DNA of 64,000 bases from the human T2T-CHM13v2.0 reference genome, Homo sapiens. The stretch is taken from assembly GCF_009914755.1 (NCBI RefSeq), contig NC_060943.1; one strand, written 5' to 3'. Shown piece after piece: positions 17,464 to 32,475 of this stretch (positions within the stretch are counted from its first letter, which is position 1; every line of letters starts with the position of its first letter). A program made the translations under genes and the position numbers. Below the pieces are notes generated by a model, which worked only from the letters and a program-made list of their open reading frames with translations, was not told the origin of the DNA and did not search any database.

Positions 17464-18686
17464 CTGAGGTAAGGCTTCTATATTTTGTTTGAACTGGTAA
17501 AACGTCAAAACCAATAGGCTGTGATAAACTCTATACATAATACCTACAGCCATTGCTAAGAAGTCTATACAAAGAGACACACTCAAAAACATTACAGATA
17601 AATAAAGTGAGATTCTAAAAAAATATTGATGTGACCCATAAGTAGGCAAGAAAAAGGAAACAGAAAAACAAAAAACCAAAAAACAAACAGAAGACAAAAA
17701 AAATGAATTGGCAGACCTAAGTCCTAACATAACAATAATTACATTAAATTTAATAGCCTAAATATACCAATTAATGGATTTATATTTACAGACTGTATTT
17801 TTTAAATGAGCCAGTTAAATGATAGCCACAACAAAATTACTTCAAATATTATCATACACACAGGTTGAAAAGGATTAAAAAAAAGATATACTATGTCAAT
17901 ATTAATAAAAGGAAAGCAAGAATGGTTATAGTAGCATCAGATAAAGAACAGAGCAAAGATAATTAGCAGGGACGGAAAGGAACATAATGATAGTAGAGTC
18001 GCTCCACCAAAAAGATGTGGCAATCTCAAATGTGTACACACCAAACAACGGAACTACAGAATATGCGAAGGAAAAATGGACAGAACTGAAATGAGAAACG
18101 CATAAACTGACAATTACAGTTTGGGACATCAGCACTACTCTCAACTATTGTTAGAACAACTAGACAAAAAAAAAAATCAGCAAGGATAGAAGAATTCAAC
18201 ACCACCAGCAATCAAGGTCTAATTGACATTGACAGGACATTTAATCCAACAACAGCGAAATACACATTCTTTCCAAACATTCACAGAACATATACTAAAA
18301 TAAACCATGTCCTGGGCTAGAGAACCTCAACAAACTTGAAAGAATTGAAACCATACAGGGTGTTCTCTGACCACAGTGGAATCCAACTAGAAATAACTAA
18401 CAGGAAGATAAGAACAAAATCTCCAGATACTTGGAAGCTGAACACTACACTTTTAACTAAGCCACAGGTCAAAGAAAAAGTCTTGGGGGAAAACAAAAAT
18501 ACATTGAACTGAATGAAAAAGAAAACACAACACATCAAATTTTGTAGGATGGAACTAAAGCGGTGCTTCGAGAGAAGTTTATAGCACAAAAATGCTTACA
18601 GTAGACAAGAGGGAAAGTATCAAATTGGTCATCTAAGCTCCCAACTCAAGATATTAGGGAAAAAAAAAAAAAAGAAACCCAAATCA

Positions 18687-18929
<243 letters not shown>

Positions 18930-19165
18930 TTACAAACAATCAAAATTGATGAACCTCTAGCATTATTGAGAAAGAAAATAATGAAATTACTTATCACCAA
19001 TTTATCAGAAAATTAATCACCAGTGTCAGGAAAGAAACAGTGGATATCATTACAAGCCTTGCTGACAACAAAATGATAATAAAGGATTGAAACAAAACAG
19101 CTCTACACACATAAATCTGATAATTTACATAAAAAGAACTAATTCCTCAAAAAAGCAAAAACTAC

Positions 19166-20517
19166 TGTGTCCGGACTTGGTGGGTTCTTGGTCTCACTGA
19201 CTTCAAGAATGTAGCCGTGGACCCTCGAGGTGAGTGTTTCGGCTCTTAAGGTGGCGTGTCTGGAGTCTGTCCCTTCTGATGTTCAGATGTGTTCGGAGTT
19301 TCTTCCTTCTGGTGGGTTCCTGGTCTCGCTGGCTCAGGAGTAAAGCTGCAGACCTTCGCAGTGAGTGTTACAGCTCTTAAGGCAGCGCGTCTGGAGTTGT
19401 TCGTTCCTCTCGGTGGGCTCGTGGTCTGGCTTGGCTCAGGAGTGAAGCTGCAGATCTTCGCAGTGAGTGTTACAGCTCATAAAAGCAGCGTAGACCCAGA
19501 GAGTGAGCAGTAGCAAGATTTATTGCAAAGAGCGAAAGAACAAAACTTCCACAGCGTGGAAGAGGACCCGAGCGGGTTGCCTATGCTGGTTCAGGCAGCC
19601 TGCTTTTATTCTCTTATCTGGCCCCACCCACCTCCTGCTGATTGGTAGAACCGAGTGGCCTGTTTTGTCAGGGCGCTGATTGGTGCGTTTACAATCCCTG
19701 AGCTAGATACAAAGGTTCTCCACGTCCCCATCAGATTAGTTAGATACAGAGTTTCCACACACAGGTTCTCCAAGGCCCCACCAGAGCAGCTAGATACAGA
19801 GTGTCAATTGGTGCACTCACAAACCTTGAGCTAAACACAGGGTGCTGATTGGTGTATTTACAATCCCTGAGCTAGATATAAAGACTCTCCACGTCCCCAC
19901 CAGACTCAGGAGCCCAGCTGTCTTCACCTAGTGGATCTCGCACCGGGGCTGCAGGTGGAGCTGCCTGCCAGTCCTGCGCCGTGCGCTCGCATTCCTCAGC
20001 CCTTGGGTGGTCGATGGGACTGGGCGCCGTGGAGCAGGGGGTGGCGCTCCTCAGGGAGGCTCAGGCACGGCGGGCTGTAGGTCCCGAGCCCTGCCCCGTG
20101 GGAAGGCAGCCAAGGCCCGGAGAGAAATCGAGCGCAGCGCCGGTGGGCCAGCACTGCTGGGGGACTCAGTACACCCTCCGCAGCCACTGGCCCGGGTGCT
20201 AAGTCCCCCATTGCCCGGGGCCAGCAGGGCTGGCTGGCTGCTCCGAGTGCGGGGCCCACCAAGCCCACGCCCATCCGGAACTCCAGCTGGCCCGCAAGTG
20301 CCGCACACAGCCCCGGTTCCCGCTCGTGTCTCTCCCTCCACACCTCCCTGCAAGCTGAGGGAGTGGGCTCCGGCCTTGGCCAGCCCAGAAAGGGGCTCCC
20401 ACCCTGCGGTGGGGGACTGAAGGGCTCCTCAAATGCCACCAAAGTGGGAGCCCAGGCAGGGGAGGTGCCGAGAGCAAGCGAGGGCTCTGAGGACTGCCAG
20501 CACGCTGTCACCTCTCA
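19166..20517 (-). mobile_element. Solo ERV9 LTR (LTR12C-like)
   Basis: Minus strand starts TGAGAGGTGACAGCGTGCTGGC; GC-rich U3, repeated CCAATCAG boxes, U5 repeats; 4-bp TSD ctac (19162-19165, 20518-20521). Confidence 0.95.
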
Positions 20518-20639
20518 CTACCACCACTAACCCAATATGAAATAGAGAATTTGAATAACCCTACAACTATTAAGGAAACTGGTTTTTAAATTTTAAAACT
20601 CCTGAAAAGGAAATCTCCAGGCCTCAATAGTTTCACATG

Positions 20640-20814
20640 AGAACTACCACTTGATCCAGCAATCCCACTACTGGGTATCTACCAAGAGGAAAAGAAGTCA
20701 TTATACAAAGAAGACACTTGCACACACATGTTTATAGCAGCACAATTCCCAATTGCAAAAATGTGGAACCAACCCAAATACTCATCAATCAATGAGTAGA
20801 TAAGGAAACTGTGG

Positions 20815-20847
<33 letters not shown>

Positions 20848-21255
20848 GTATATATATATGTATATATATACGTGTATATATATATATATATATGATGGAA
20901 TAATACAGAGTCATAAAAAATGAATTAATGGCATTCACAGCAACCTGGGTGGGATTGAAGACTATTATTCTAAGTGAAATAACTCAGGAATGGAAAACCA
21001 AACATCGTATGTCCTCATTGATATGTGGGAACTAAGCTATGAGGATGCAAAGGCATAAGAATGATACAATGGACTTTGGGGACTCAGGTGGGGGAAAGGT
21101 AGGAAGCGGATGAGGGATAAAATACTACAAAGTGGGTTCAGTATATACTGCTCCGGTAATGAGTCCACCAAAATCTCACAAATCACCACTAAAGAACTTA
21201 TACTACCTATTCCCCAAAAACCTATGGAAATAAAAAAAGATAAGAAAAAAAAGTA
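20640..21255 (+). mobile_element. Second L1PB-like 3' end with (TA)n expansion
   Basis: Paralogous to 7500-8690. Confidence 0.9.
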
Positions 21256-21896
21256 AATGTGAAAATATAAGCTACAGACTAGGAGAAAATATTTGCAAAT
21301 CATAAATCTAATAAAGGACACCTATCTAGACTATACAAATAACTCTCAAAACTCAACAGTAAAAACAAAACCAAACAACAATCTATATTTTTCAGTGAAA
21401 TCTCTCTTCACGGTACCGCACAGTCATGATTACTGTAGCTATATAATAAATTTGGAAATCAGGGAGAGTGCTACCTCCTACTTTATTCTTTTTTTTTCAG
21501 AATTGTTTTAGTTATTCAGTTCTTTTCCTTTGCACACAATCTTCTCTTCATCGAAGAGCGATTTCACTGAAAAAGATACACAAATGGCAGATAGGCACAG
21601 GAAAAGATATTTAATCAACATCATTAGCCATTAGGGAAAAGCAAAGTAAGACCACGATAAAACATTAACTACATACCTATTACAACGACTAAACTTGAAA
21701 ACAATCACAGCGACGATATGAAACACTGCCAAGGATGCAGGGACACTGCATCTCCCACACCTTGCTGATGGAGATGTAAAATGGTGCAGCCACTTGGGAA
21801 AATAGTTTGGCAATTTCTTTAAAACACTAAACAGATACTTAGCATATGACTCAGCCATTGCACCCCTGAGCATTATCCCAAAGAAATAGAAACTCA

Positions 21897-22200
21897 AGCC
21901 AGGCACGGTGGCTCACGCCTGAAATCCCAGCACTTTGGGAGGCCGAGGCAGCAGATCACCTGAGGTCAGGAGTTCAAGACCAGCCTGGCCAACATGACAA
22001 AACCCTGTCTCTACTAAAAATACAAAAAATTAGCCAGGCATAGTCGCAGGTGCCTGTAATGTCAGCTACTCAGGAGACTGAGGCAGGAGAATCAGTTGAA
22101 TCCGGGAGGCGGAGGTTGCAGTGAGTAGAGATCGCACCACTGCACTCCAGCTTGGGTGACTGAGTGAGACTCTGTTTCAAAAAAAAAAAAAAAAAAAAAA
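21897..22200 (+). mobile_element. Alu (S-type)
   Basis: Alu consensus match. Confidence 0.95.
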
Positions 22201-22367
22201 CAGATCCACACAAAATCCTATAGGTGAATGTTTATAGTAGCTTTATTTGTAATACCCAAAAAACAAAAACAGCCAAGTTGTCTTTCAATAACTGAATGAT
22301 TAAACAAACTATAGTACGTGGAAAAGTGTTCAGTAATAAAAAGGAACGAACTATTGATATATAACTA

Positions 22368-22753
22368 CATTTGACCCTTGAACAACTTGGGCTTTAACTG
22401 TGCAAGTCCACTTATAAGCAGATTTTCTTCTGTCTCTACCACCCCTGAAACAACAAAACTAACCCCTCCTCTTCCTCCTTTTCCTCTGCATGAAAACAAC
22501 GGGGATGAAGACCTTCATAATGATCCACTTCCACCTAATGAATAGTAAACATATGTTCTCTTTCTTATGAGTTTAATACATTTTTCTAGCTTACTTTATT
22601 GTAAGAATACAGTATATAATACACAGAACATGCAAAATATGGCTTTCATTCAACAATAAGCTATTAGTAATTAAATTTTGGGGGACTCAAAAATTAATTT
22701 CAACTGGGCGGAGTTCAGCACCCCTAATCCCCGCATTGTGCAAGTGCCAACTG
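22368..22753. mobile_element. Tigger2-family non-autonomous DNA transposon
   Basis: TIRs catttgacccttgaacaac / cattgtgcaagtgccaactg with flanking TA. Confidence 0.8.
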
Positions 22754-25115
22754 TATTTGAATGGATTTCAAGGGCATTATGCATGAGTAAAATATTGAAG
22801 TCGCTCGCAAAAGGTCACATACTGTACAATCCCATTTATATAACATCCTTGAAATGACAAAATTATAGAGATGGAAAACAACTTGGTGGCTGACAGGGGT
22901 TAGGGATGGGGGAAAAGAGGGAAGTGGGCGTGACTATGAAAAGGTGGCACCAGGGAGAACTTTGTGGCAATAAAACCGTTTTGTAACTTGATTGCAGTGG
23001 CGTTTACATGATCATGTGATCAATTGAAACTACACACACACACATTGCACCAGTATCATTCCTGATTGTGATGTTGAACTATAGTTATATAAGATGTATT
23101 CATTGGGGGAAACTGGATGAAAGGCACATGGGATCTCTCCATGATACAATTTCTTTGCAGCTTCCTGTGAATCTATAATTACTTCAAATTTTAAAAAGAA
23201 AAGCAAAATTAAAGATTTTACAAATTAAATCTGAAAGGAAATTAAGTGTTAATAATTGCCTCTTTGGGAGGTGGAAGTACATGAAATTTTTCTGTTTTGC
23301 ATGCAAGTATTTTCTATAATGAACATATATGTTACTTTGTTTTTATCACAGTAATTTAAAAAAAAAAATCTTCCTCAAACCATGGTCATGAGAGGTCTAC
23401 TCAGCTGCTTACATGTTCCCCTCCAGTGACGGCACAGGGGATGGCCTCTCCTAAAACAACCCTAGGAGGATGGCCTCACAGATGAGGGAAGTGGGGAGAG
23501 CAGAGCATCTCCTGGCTAGGGACCTCTGAGTTATGCAGCAAGCATCAACCATTTGCAACAAAAAAAACCATGAGAAACATACACTTATTCACAATGCTGG
23601 TAGGAATGCAAAATTGTATCATTGCAATGCAGTGGGGATGGGGAATATCTAACAATTTATGTATGGATCTGCTTTTCAAACCAGTTACCCTATTTCTAGG
23701 GAGTTCACCTGAAGAAGCACCTCTGGCAATATGAAAACACATGTCCACGAAGTTATTCATTACAACACTGTTTATCACTGCAGAATATTGGAAACCACCT
23801 ACATGCCCAAGCATAGGAGAGTAGCTGAATGAATTATGGTACCTCTACACAATGGAATGCTGCTGTAACAAAAGAATGAGGAAGATCTCCATGGCCTGAT
23901 AAGAAGTGCTTTGCAGGACATTCTGTCAAGCGAAAAAAGCAAATTGCAGAAGAGCATATAGAGTATGCTATCGGTTGTGTAAGAAGGAATGATGAAACAT
24001 ACACATAGCTATTTATCTTTACACACACACACGAAGGATAAACCAGGAAGAAATGAAGTTGGTTACCCGTAAGAGGTGAGAGGAAAATAAGGTGGAAGGA
24101 ATATAGGAGGGAGTGACCCTTCTCTGAAATGTCTTTATAACGAGGTTTGACTTTTGAAAGCACGTTAATATTCTAAATGTTCAAAAAATAAAATTAAACA
24201 GGAAAACAAACTAAAGCAAATTAACCTAATTGTATTTCAAATGAATATTATAATTATACTGAAGGGGAAGGAAAGAAGGAAGGAAGGAAATGTGAGAGGG
24301 AGGGAAACAGGGAAGGAGGGGGTAATAAATGAAAGGACTAACTCTAGTAATTTACGTATATTTTACTATATACCCATAGTCTTTAACAGGGTTGGAGGAT
24401 GGGAACTGCAAACAAATCCTGAATTCATTTTAGTAGAACTGTTTTTTGTAGTGGTATGGCTGATGCAATTGTAAGACTATGTTAAATATATTATACTGTT
24501 ATAATGTATATAGATATATCAAATTATTATATTAAGCAAATGAGTAAATGTGTTAATGTTGGGAGCCAGTATTCTCACTGTGGAAGAAGGGACATGCAAA
24601 TGGGAAAAGCAAAAAAGAACCTGGAATTAGGAGTGGTGGTGTAAATGCATGATTTCTAAAATATGCATAATTATGTGCATATATGGGCATATGTGTATGT
24701 CTGTGTGTACACATGCACACATTTTTCTAGTTCTATCCACTGAAAGAGCCTAAAAGCAAAGACACACAAGTAGCACCTAGCTCCTAGATCTTTGGTCTCT
24801 AATACCATTCCATGCTAAAAGGAAGCAGTGCTCTCCAGAGAAATGACTTATTCCCGGAGAGGAGCAGAATATGTACAACGTGAGCCCTGAATATCTTATT
24901 ATGCCAGACACAGAGTGTTTTTAAAAAATCAGCATGTCCCAAGGGAGATGAAAAGGGCTCCCACTAGTCAACTTCAGAATAATTTAAGCACCCAAATATT
25001 AAGTACAGTAACAAGTTATAAACCATCAGAAAATAGAAATTAATGAGTCCTTACTGATAATAGATAATAGGTAGATGATAGATAGATAATAGGTAGATGA
25101 TGATAGATAGTTTTA

Positions 25116-25810
<695 letters not shown>

Positions 25811-26769
25811 AGATGAATTTTAAACAAGAAAGACTGTGGGAAAGTTTCAGATTAAAAGAGAGTAAAGAGGACACAAAATCCAGTATCTGACTAGAGACTG
25901 GATCCTGTACTGGATGGGGGAATAGGCTATAAAGGATTTTATTGTGCCAATTGACAAAGTTGGAATATGGATGATAGAGCACATAAAAGTATTTTATCCC
26001 TGGACATTTATGAAGGTGATAACTGTGGGTATGTAAGAGAATATCTCTGTTCTTAGGAAATACATACTGATGTATTTAGGGGTAAAGAGCCATGAAGTTT
26101 GTAATTTACTATCAAATGGAGGGAAGGAAGGAGAGAGGGAGGGGGAGACAGAAGGGGGAGAGAGAGCACAAATGATAAAGTAAATGAGAACAAATATTAA
26201 CACTAGGTGAATCTGAATAAAGGGCATACGGGTGTTCTTTGTACTCTTTATTTTTGCAACTTTTTTAAATTTGAAATTATTTCCAAATAAACTGTTTCAA
26301 AATGTTATTATAGAAAAAACAAAGTAGCCCTCAGAAAATGTTTTTCCCCTAAACTCCCATCAACCACTTGGGAGTGCTCACTTCCCACACCCTTGGCAAC
26401 ATTGATTAGAATCACACTTGAAAAGTTTTAACAGGCTTATGAGTAAGGGACTGCCTTTATTACTAGTGAGATTGAACATCTTTTCATATCATGATTGACC
26501 TTTTATATTTCTTCCTCTGCAAACTGATTATCCAAATCTTTCTCCTGTTTTTTTCTATTGAAGTATTTTTTCTTATTGATTTGTAGAAACTCTTTATATA
26601 TTGTATATATTATACAAGGATTTTATGTGATAATTACTTAAAAGGATTAGCACAGGGAAGGATACAGAATAATTACTCAGAAGAAGGATGATTTGAGCAT
26701 TGTTACTTTAATAATGAGGTGGGGGTGGTAATATTTAAATACTTAAATGTAAATAACACTGTAACGTAG

Positions 26770-26985
26770 TACTCAAGAACATGGGCTTTAGGGTTAAGCA
26801 GAGACTGGGTTCAAATCCCAGCTCCATGGGTGCCACTGGCCATGTTGTTACGCTCCCTGAGCCTCAGCTCCCCTACTCATAAATCTTATCTAAAAGTTGT
26901 AATGAAGAGCCCATGACATTCTATCTGCAAAGGATATACAATACTTAGTACACAGAAAGCACTTTCTAAATGCTATTATTAATTT
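26770..26985 (+). mobile_element. MIR
   Basis: Core gggttcaaatcccagctcc...ctgagcctcag. Confidence 0.7.
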
Positions 26986-27030
26986 TGCTACCAGAGAGCC
27001 TCCCTGCTGCTTCCCAAGGGTAATCCTTAC

Positions 27031-27386
27031 CAGAGACAAGTAGCATAGCATGATGGCAACTGTTTTCACCAGAAGAGATGAGATGCAGGGTGTAGATGCC
27101 ATTGTCAGATGCACGCACATCAATAATGATCAGGGAGCCATCAGCTCTGCCTGTTTCCCTGCCAGTGTGGGCTGGTCCTAGGGTGTAGCCATGGCTGAAG
27201 AAGTTAAAATTGAGGATCCGGGTAACCTGATTGGTGGTTGCTCCTCGGAGCCAATTGTAGGAGATGAGATTCTGAGGGATCCCCTGGACAGACAGGGTGA
27301 CGTTGCCCCCTCGACGGCCCAGGGAGGGATGGATGTGATCGTCAGCTGAGCAGACACCTGCTTCTTGCAGAGGCTCAGGAAGAAGG
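27031..27386 (-). pseudogene. CEACAM22P: CEACAM IgV-like N-domain exon, disabled
   Basis: AFFLSLCKKQVSA-QLTITSIPPWAVEG then frameshift to GNVTLSVQGIPQNLISYNWLRG...GRETGRADGSLIIIDVRASDNGIYTLHLI...LLVS. No canonical Ig cysteines, as expected for CEACAM N domains. Donor G|GTAAGG intact, acceptor reads TG, and the G-run at 27306-27310 is one base short. Confidence 0.9.
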
Positions 27387-27649
27387 CAAAGGGAGGAAGC
27401 AAAGAGCACTATCACAGAGGCCACTTAGCAGCATTCGACAGTAGACTCAGCCACTGCTAGAGTCTCACTCATCGGAGTTAAACTGTGGGAGTGGGAAGAG
27501 CATGTGCAAAGGCCCTGAGGCAGGAGGAAGATCATTGTTTTTGAGGGAAAAGCAGGGAAGCCAGTGTGGTTGGAGTTGAGTAAGTGAAAATGAAAGAGGT
27601 AAGAGATAAAGTCAGAGAGGTAAGAGAGACAGATCACACTTACAACTGG

Positions 27650-28193
<544 letters not shown>

Positions 28194-28547
28194 GTAAGGA
28201 CTTTTCGTTGTATTCTGAGGGAGTCAGAGAACCACTGGAGAGTTTTGAGTTAAAGATTAACACGATGTACCTTATATTCTGATCATTCTGGCTGCAGATT
28301 GCATTGATTTTGGAGCTCAAGGGTAGAGTTGCAACATTGCTCAGCTCCACGAAGTGAGCTGCCATTCACATTGTAGTTAATGCAAATGCTACTTCCAGCA
28401 ACTGTGCAGTGCACAACCCATACAGCTATATGTGGTGACCCCAGGCAAGGCAGAAGCAGGAGACACCATTTAGGAGGTGACTGCAACAATCCAGGTGAGA
28501 GATATCAGTGGGGAAGAAAATCAGAAATTATGATCCGTAACTGTTAC

Positions 28548-28611
28548 CTGCAAGACAGAGCCATGTCCAAAGCCCACCACCTCTGCAGGGACCTTCCAAG
28601 GGGCCAGCCAT
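28548..28611 (-). pseudogene. CEACAM22P: CEACAM leader exon (MAGPLEGPCRGGGLWTWLCLA+G)
   Basis: ATG at 28611-28609, exactly 64 coding nt, then G|GTAACA donor. Same size and pattern as CEACAM leader exons. Too short to appear in the ORF track. Confidence 0.85.
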
Positions 28612-28689
28612 GTTTCTTTGATGCCTCACCAGTCTAGCTGTCCTTCTGCCTCCTCCCAGCTGGAGGCCAGGCCTAGGGGAAGTTCAATA

Positions 28690-28725
28690 GTGTCTGAAAA
28701 GCCCCGCCCTCTATAGGGTCTTTGG
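28690..28725 (-). promoter_or_regulatory. Candidate core promoter of the CEACAM pseudogene
   Basis: TATAGA followed by a GGGCGGGG GC box about 100 nt upstream of the leader ATG. Motif-only evidence. Confidence 0.3.
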
Positions 28726-29708
28726 TTTTACCTCCTCTCAGAAGACAGCCCATCAGTACTGCTCCCTGGATCCCACTCCCATTCACCCCAGATTCCACAC
28801 TGAGAGTTTGGGGCAGGGTCCACTGGCACCAGTTTGGGTCTTACCAATTCTACAGATTCCTCCAGGCTCTGCCATCACAGAAGGTCCAGCCCCAGTGCTG
28901 CTTTGGCCAGAAAGAATGCTTGGCACTGCATTTGCTGACAAGGAGTGTGGCCTGTGTTTATCCCAGAGGTGGGTGAGGCAGCCTCTGCTGGTTCCAGAGG
29001 TCCCCTCTGCCACCTGAGGCGCCAGCCATGCAGTGCTGGTCCTAGGTGGGGTTACAGAGGTATTGACACCAGCCTGGTCTCTGGGTTAATTTTTGTTAAG
29101 GGCCTGCGACCCAGTGTGGAGGGGTTGATATTGCGCAGCCTTGAAGGACGTGGACATGAGCTTATCAGAACAAGTGATAGCAAGATAAAAGATCAAAGTA
29201 GGCTCTTTGCCTCAGATTCTGCATGGCAGCAATTTCCACCAGCAGGGTCCAAAGACCCAAAATGAACAAGGAAAGCAACCTCCTGAAGGGACACTTGGTA
29301 ATCACCTTGATCTTTGGTTTTCAAAGTCTGCAGTCCACTTGGAAAGCAAGGTACAGGGGCAGAGAGAGTTGACAAATATGTACTGCTTGATGAATATGGA
29401 AGAAACAAAGAAAACAGAAGTTTGAAAACCACCGTCCTAGAATTTTTAAATGACGACACCCAGTGCTAGCGATCTCTGGAGAACAGTTTTGCAAGATGCA
29501 TCCAAAAACATACACATGTACACTCTCTTTGACCCCACCGTTCCTCTTACATTTATCTTAAGATAATCATTATAGATATGTGAACATATTTACTTCTGGG
29601 ATAATCATGACAGCATTGTTTATAGCAGGAAATAAAGTGGAAACAACATATATTCTGTCTGCAGAGAAACAGAAGCAATCTATTCTCTCTCTCTGTGTGT
29701 ATATATAC

Positions 29709-29742
<34 letters not shown>

Positions 29743-30436
29743 CAACAACAAAACTGTTCACCAATGATCAGGTGCTGTCCTGTTACATGGTGAACGCATT
29801 TTATCTTTCCCACAGTCCTAGAAGTTAGATACAACTATCATCATCTCCATTTATCATATGGAGAAGTTGAGACACAGAATCACTGGCCCAAAGTCACATG
29901 GATGATAAGAGGCAGAACCAGGATTTGAACCTTTGCAGGCTGGATCCACTGTTCATGGTCCTTCCCATTCCACTGTTTTACCTCTCAAATTTGGAAACAT
30001 TATTCTACCTGCCAGTTGTTCAGCAGTTACTATCGCCAGGCATACACTGAATTATCTCAGTTAATTCTCACTCCATGAAGCAGGATCTCTTGCTGTCCCC
30101 ATTTTATAGATAGAAAAACTGACGCTCAGAGAAGAAGAGTCATTTGTTCAAGTCATACAGTTAGTAAATGACAGAGCCAGTTACGCTGCAAGTTACCCAG
30201 ATTTCAAGGATAAGCGGTATGTAGTAAAAATACATCATGCTATGAGAATTAGAGATGTTCTTCTGAAGATCTGATGTTTCATCTGTGATCTAAAGGATGG
30301 GTCAGAATTAAGTAGACAAAGACAGTGAGGAAGAGTGTAATGACTGGAGCTCCAGCAGCCATTCTGAATGACGAACTGACTTAAGGAAGGAAGCTATGTC
30401 TGATATAATGGAACAGAAACATAGAAGGAGCTTGCG

Positions 30437-30924
30437 TGGAACAGGAATCAAAAGAAATTAAAGACTGTCTAAGCAAAAACTCAGTTGTATGTAAGAAAAC
30501 CCAATTCCCCTTGAGGAAGAGAAACAGCTGGAGTCCTTTAAAATTAACTGCCTGTTTTTCTGTCTGTGGCTAGTGAGCCTTATCGCTCCCTTTCCCAGGC
30601 ATTGTGAAGACTCTTTCTCTAGCTGTGCAGCTGCAAGGTCATTAGACAGATAATCTCAAGTCGTAAAACATATTATTCCTTGAAAAGTAAGAAATAATGT
30701 AATGCATGTCTTAACTGAATAACTGTTTTTAATTCTTGCTTCTGTAATACGCTTCCCCCTGCACAGAACTCCCCCCACCCCACGAAATGCTTAAAAGGTA
30801 GCTTGACTCTTTGTTCGGGGCTCAGTCCTTTGGATGTTAATCTGACTGGGTCGGTGCACCTAAATAATTAAATAATTCCTCCTCAACCCCTTGGTCCCTC
30901 TGATTCCTTAATTATCCCACAGCA
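30437..30924 (+). mobile_element. Solo ERV1-class LTR (LTR15-like, tentative) inserted in an MLT1
   Basis: TG...CA ends, near-TSD tgcg/tggg; the MLT1 resumes across it. Confidence 0.7.
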
Positions 30925-31539
30925 TGGGTACCTGGTGACCATGAAGTCACCAGACCACACTGAGATGTCTGTATCAGTTACTTATCACCATGTAACAAAC
31001 CTCTCTAAAACCTAGGAACTTCGAGAGACAGACAAAAATGCACAAGACTTGTTGTGGCCTGGGCTCAGGACTGCCACTTTATTATTTCTACCTCATTGTT
31101 TTGGTCAAAGCAAGTCATGAGGTCAACCAAGATTCAAGGGTACAGGAAAACAGGCTCCACCTGTTTGTGGGAGAAGCTGTAAAGTCACATTACAAGGTGC
31201 TTCGATACAGAGAGTAGAGAATCGGAGCCGTGTCTGTGATCAACCAACCACAACTTATTTTACATGAGAGAGAACTACACTCCTTTATTAACTAAACCAC
31301 TGTTATTTGAGTTTCTATTTTATGCAGCTGAACCAAATCCCCACCTGACATAAAGAGTGTTGCAAATGGAGAGAAGAGTGTAAGCAAAGGCCCGGTGGTG
31401 GGAGGCTCATGACACTTCAAATCACTGAAATAAGTGAGGGGGTGGATTTCGGGGTGAGAAGATAAAGTCAGGCAACTGCTGCCCACCAGCACGGTGTTTC
31501 CTGCTCTTCCCAAGAGAGACTCACACATTTGACAACAGT

Positions 31540-32475
31540 TGTTACCCACGCATCAGGTGGGTTCAGACACTTGGCAGGTATCAACCCAATGACTGCAACC
31601 AAAGAGGATTTAGCATGGGGATTTTATTACTTGCAACAAGTAAAGAGCACACTAGGGATAGTTCCCAAAGCAGTAACCTCTCTGAGCTGGGGTGCCGCGG
31701 ACCTATTGGACTGAACAAAGTGGGGCAAACATGGGAATAAAAGACAAGAGACAAAGAAGTATATTTGGAAGAAAGGGTCAGGGGGCACCTTGCCTCTAGT
31801 GGACAAGCGCCCTGAGCTTTACACGGCCCTCCATATTTATTAGGCAAAAGAGATAGTGAGAAAGTGGGGAGTGATTGTCGAGTAATTGTCAGTCGGGCGT
31901 TTGGTTCACAGCAGGCTTTCGAGATTGCATCCTTTGAGCAATAGGCGCTAATATTCTCAGTAGATAACTTCAAGGAGCCCGGAGCCCGGGAATGATGTCC
32001 CTCAGCAAACCTTTTGGTGGCAGGGCAGTGTGAGTTTGCCCACATCCTGCATTCATGATAAACAGTTTGTTATTTGATCATATAGCCTCCAGCGGAATGC
32101 TGAGTTGGTCACGATCCCTTTGGCCTTTTCGGCTCCCAACACTGGGGGCAGGGTCAGGATTTTTATAAGCATAGGGTAAGGAGGCATGATGTGATTGGAT
32201 CTTGCAATGAGGTGATGCCAGGAGGCATGATCTGACTGGATCCTGCCATGATGGGGTGATGCCAGGGCTTGATCTGATTGGCTCCTGGATCCTGCCATGT
32301 TATGTCTGCTTCTTAATTCTGTCCCTGCTCCTTGGTCCAAATGCTTAGGTTCCCCTGTGGTTGCGTACTTGGTTCACCTGGGCATGCTCAGTTTATGTGA
32401 CCTGAGGGTCCATGGCAACCTAAAAACAACTTACAACTTTGTTACATAAAAGTTGAACCAGATTGTACTGCTACA
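31540..32475 (-). mobile_element. ERV LTR (LTR47-like, tentative) hosting an LTR3
   Basis: Homologous to the plus-strand LTR at 62903 (ttcaacttttatgtaacaaag). Confidence 0.6.
31693..32141 (-). mobile_element. Solo LTR3 (HERV-K HML-6)
   Basis: Minus strand starts TGTTGGGAGCCGAAAAGG...CTGGAGGCTATATGA; perfect 6-bp TSD ctgggg. Confidence 0.8.

Noticed and set aside
19930-20517. CpG-island-like GC-rich block with several ORFs
   Set aside because: It is the U3 region of LTR12, not a host gene.
26966-27424. 152-aa ORF as an intact secreted N-domain protein
   Set aside because: Its N-terminus is intronic and out of frame upstream of the frameshift; the real leader is at 28548-28611.
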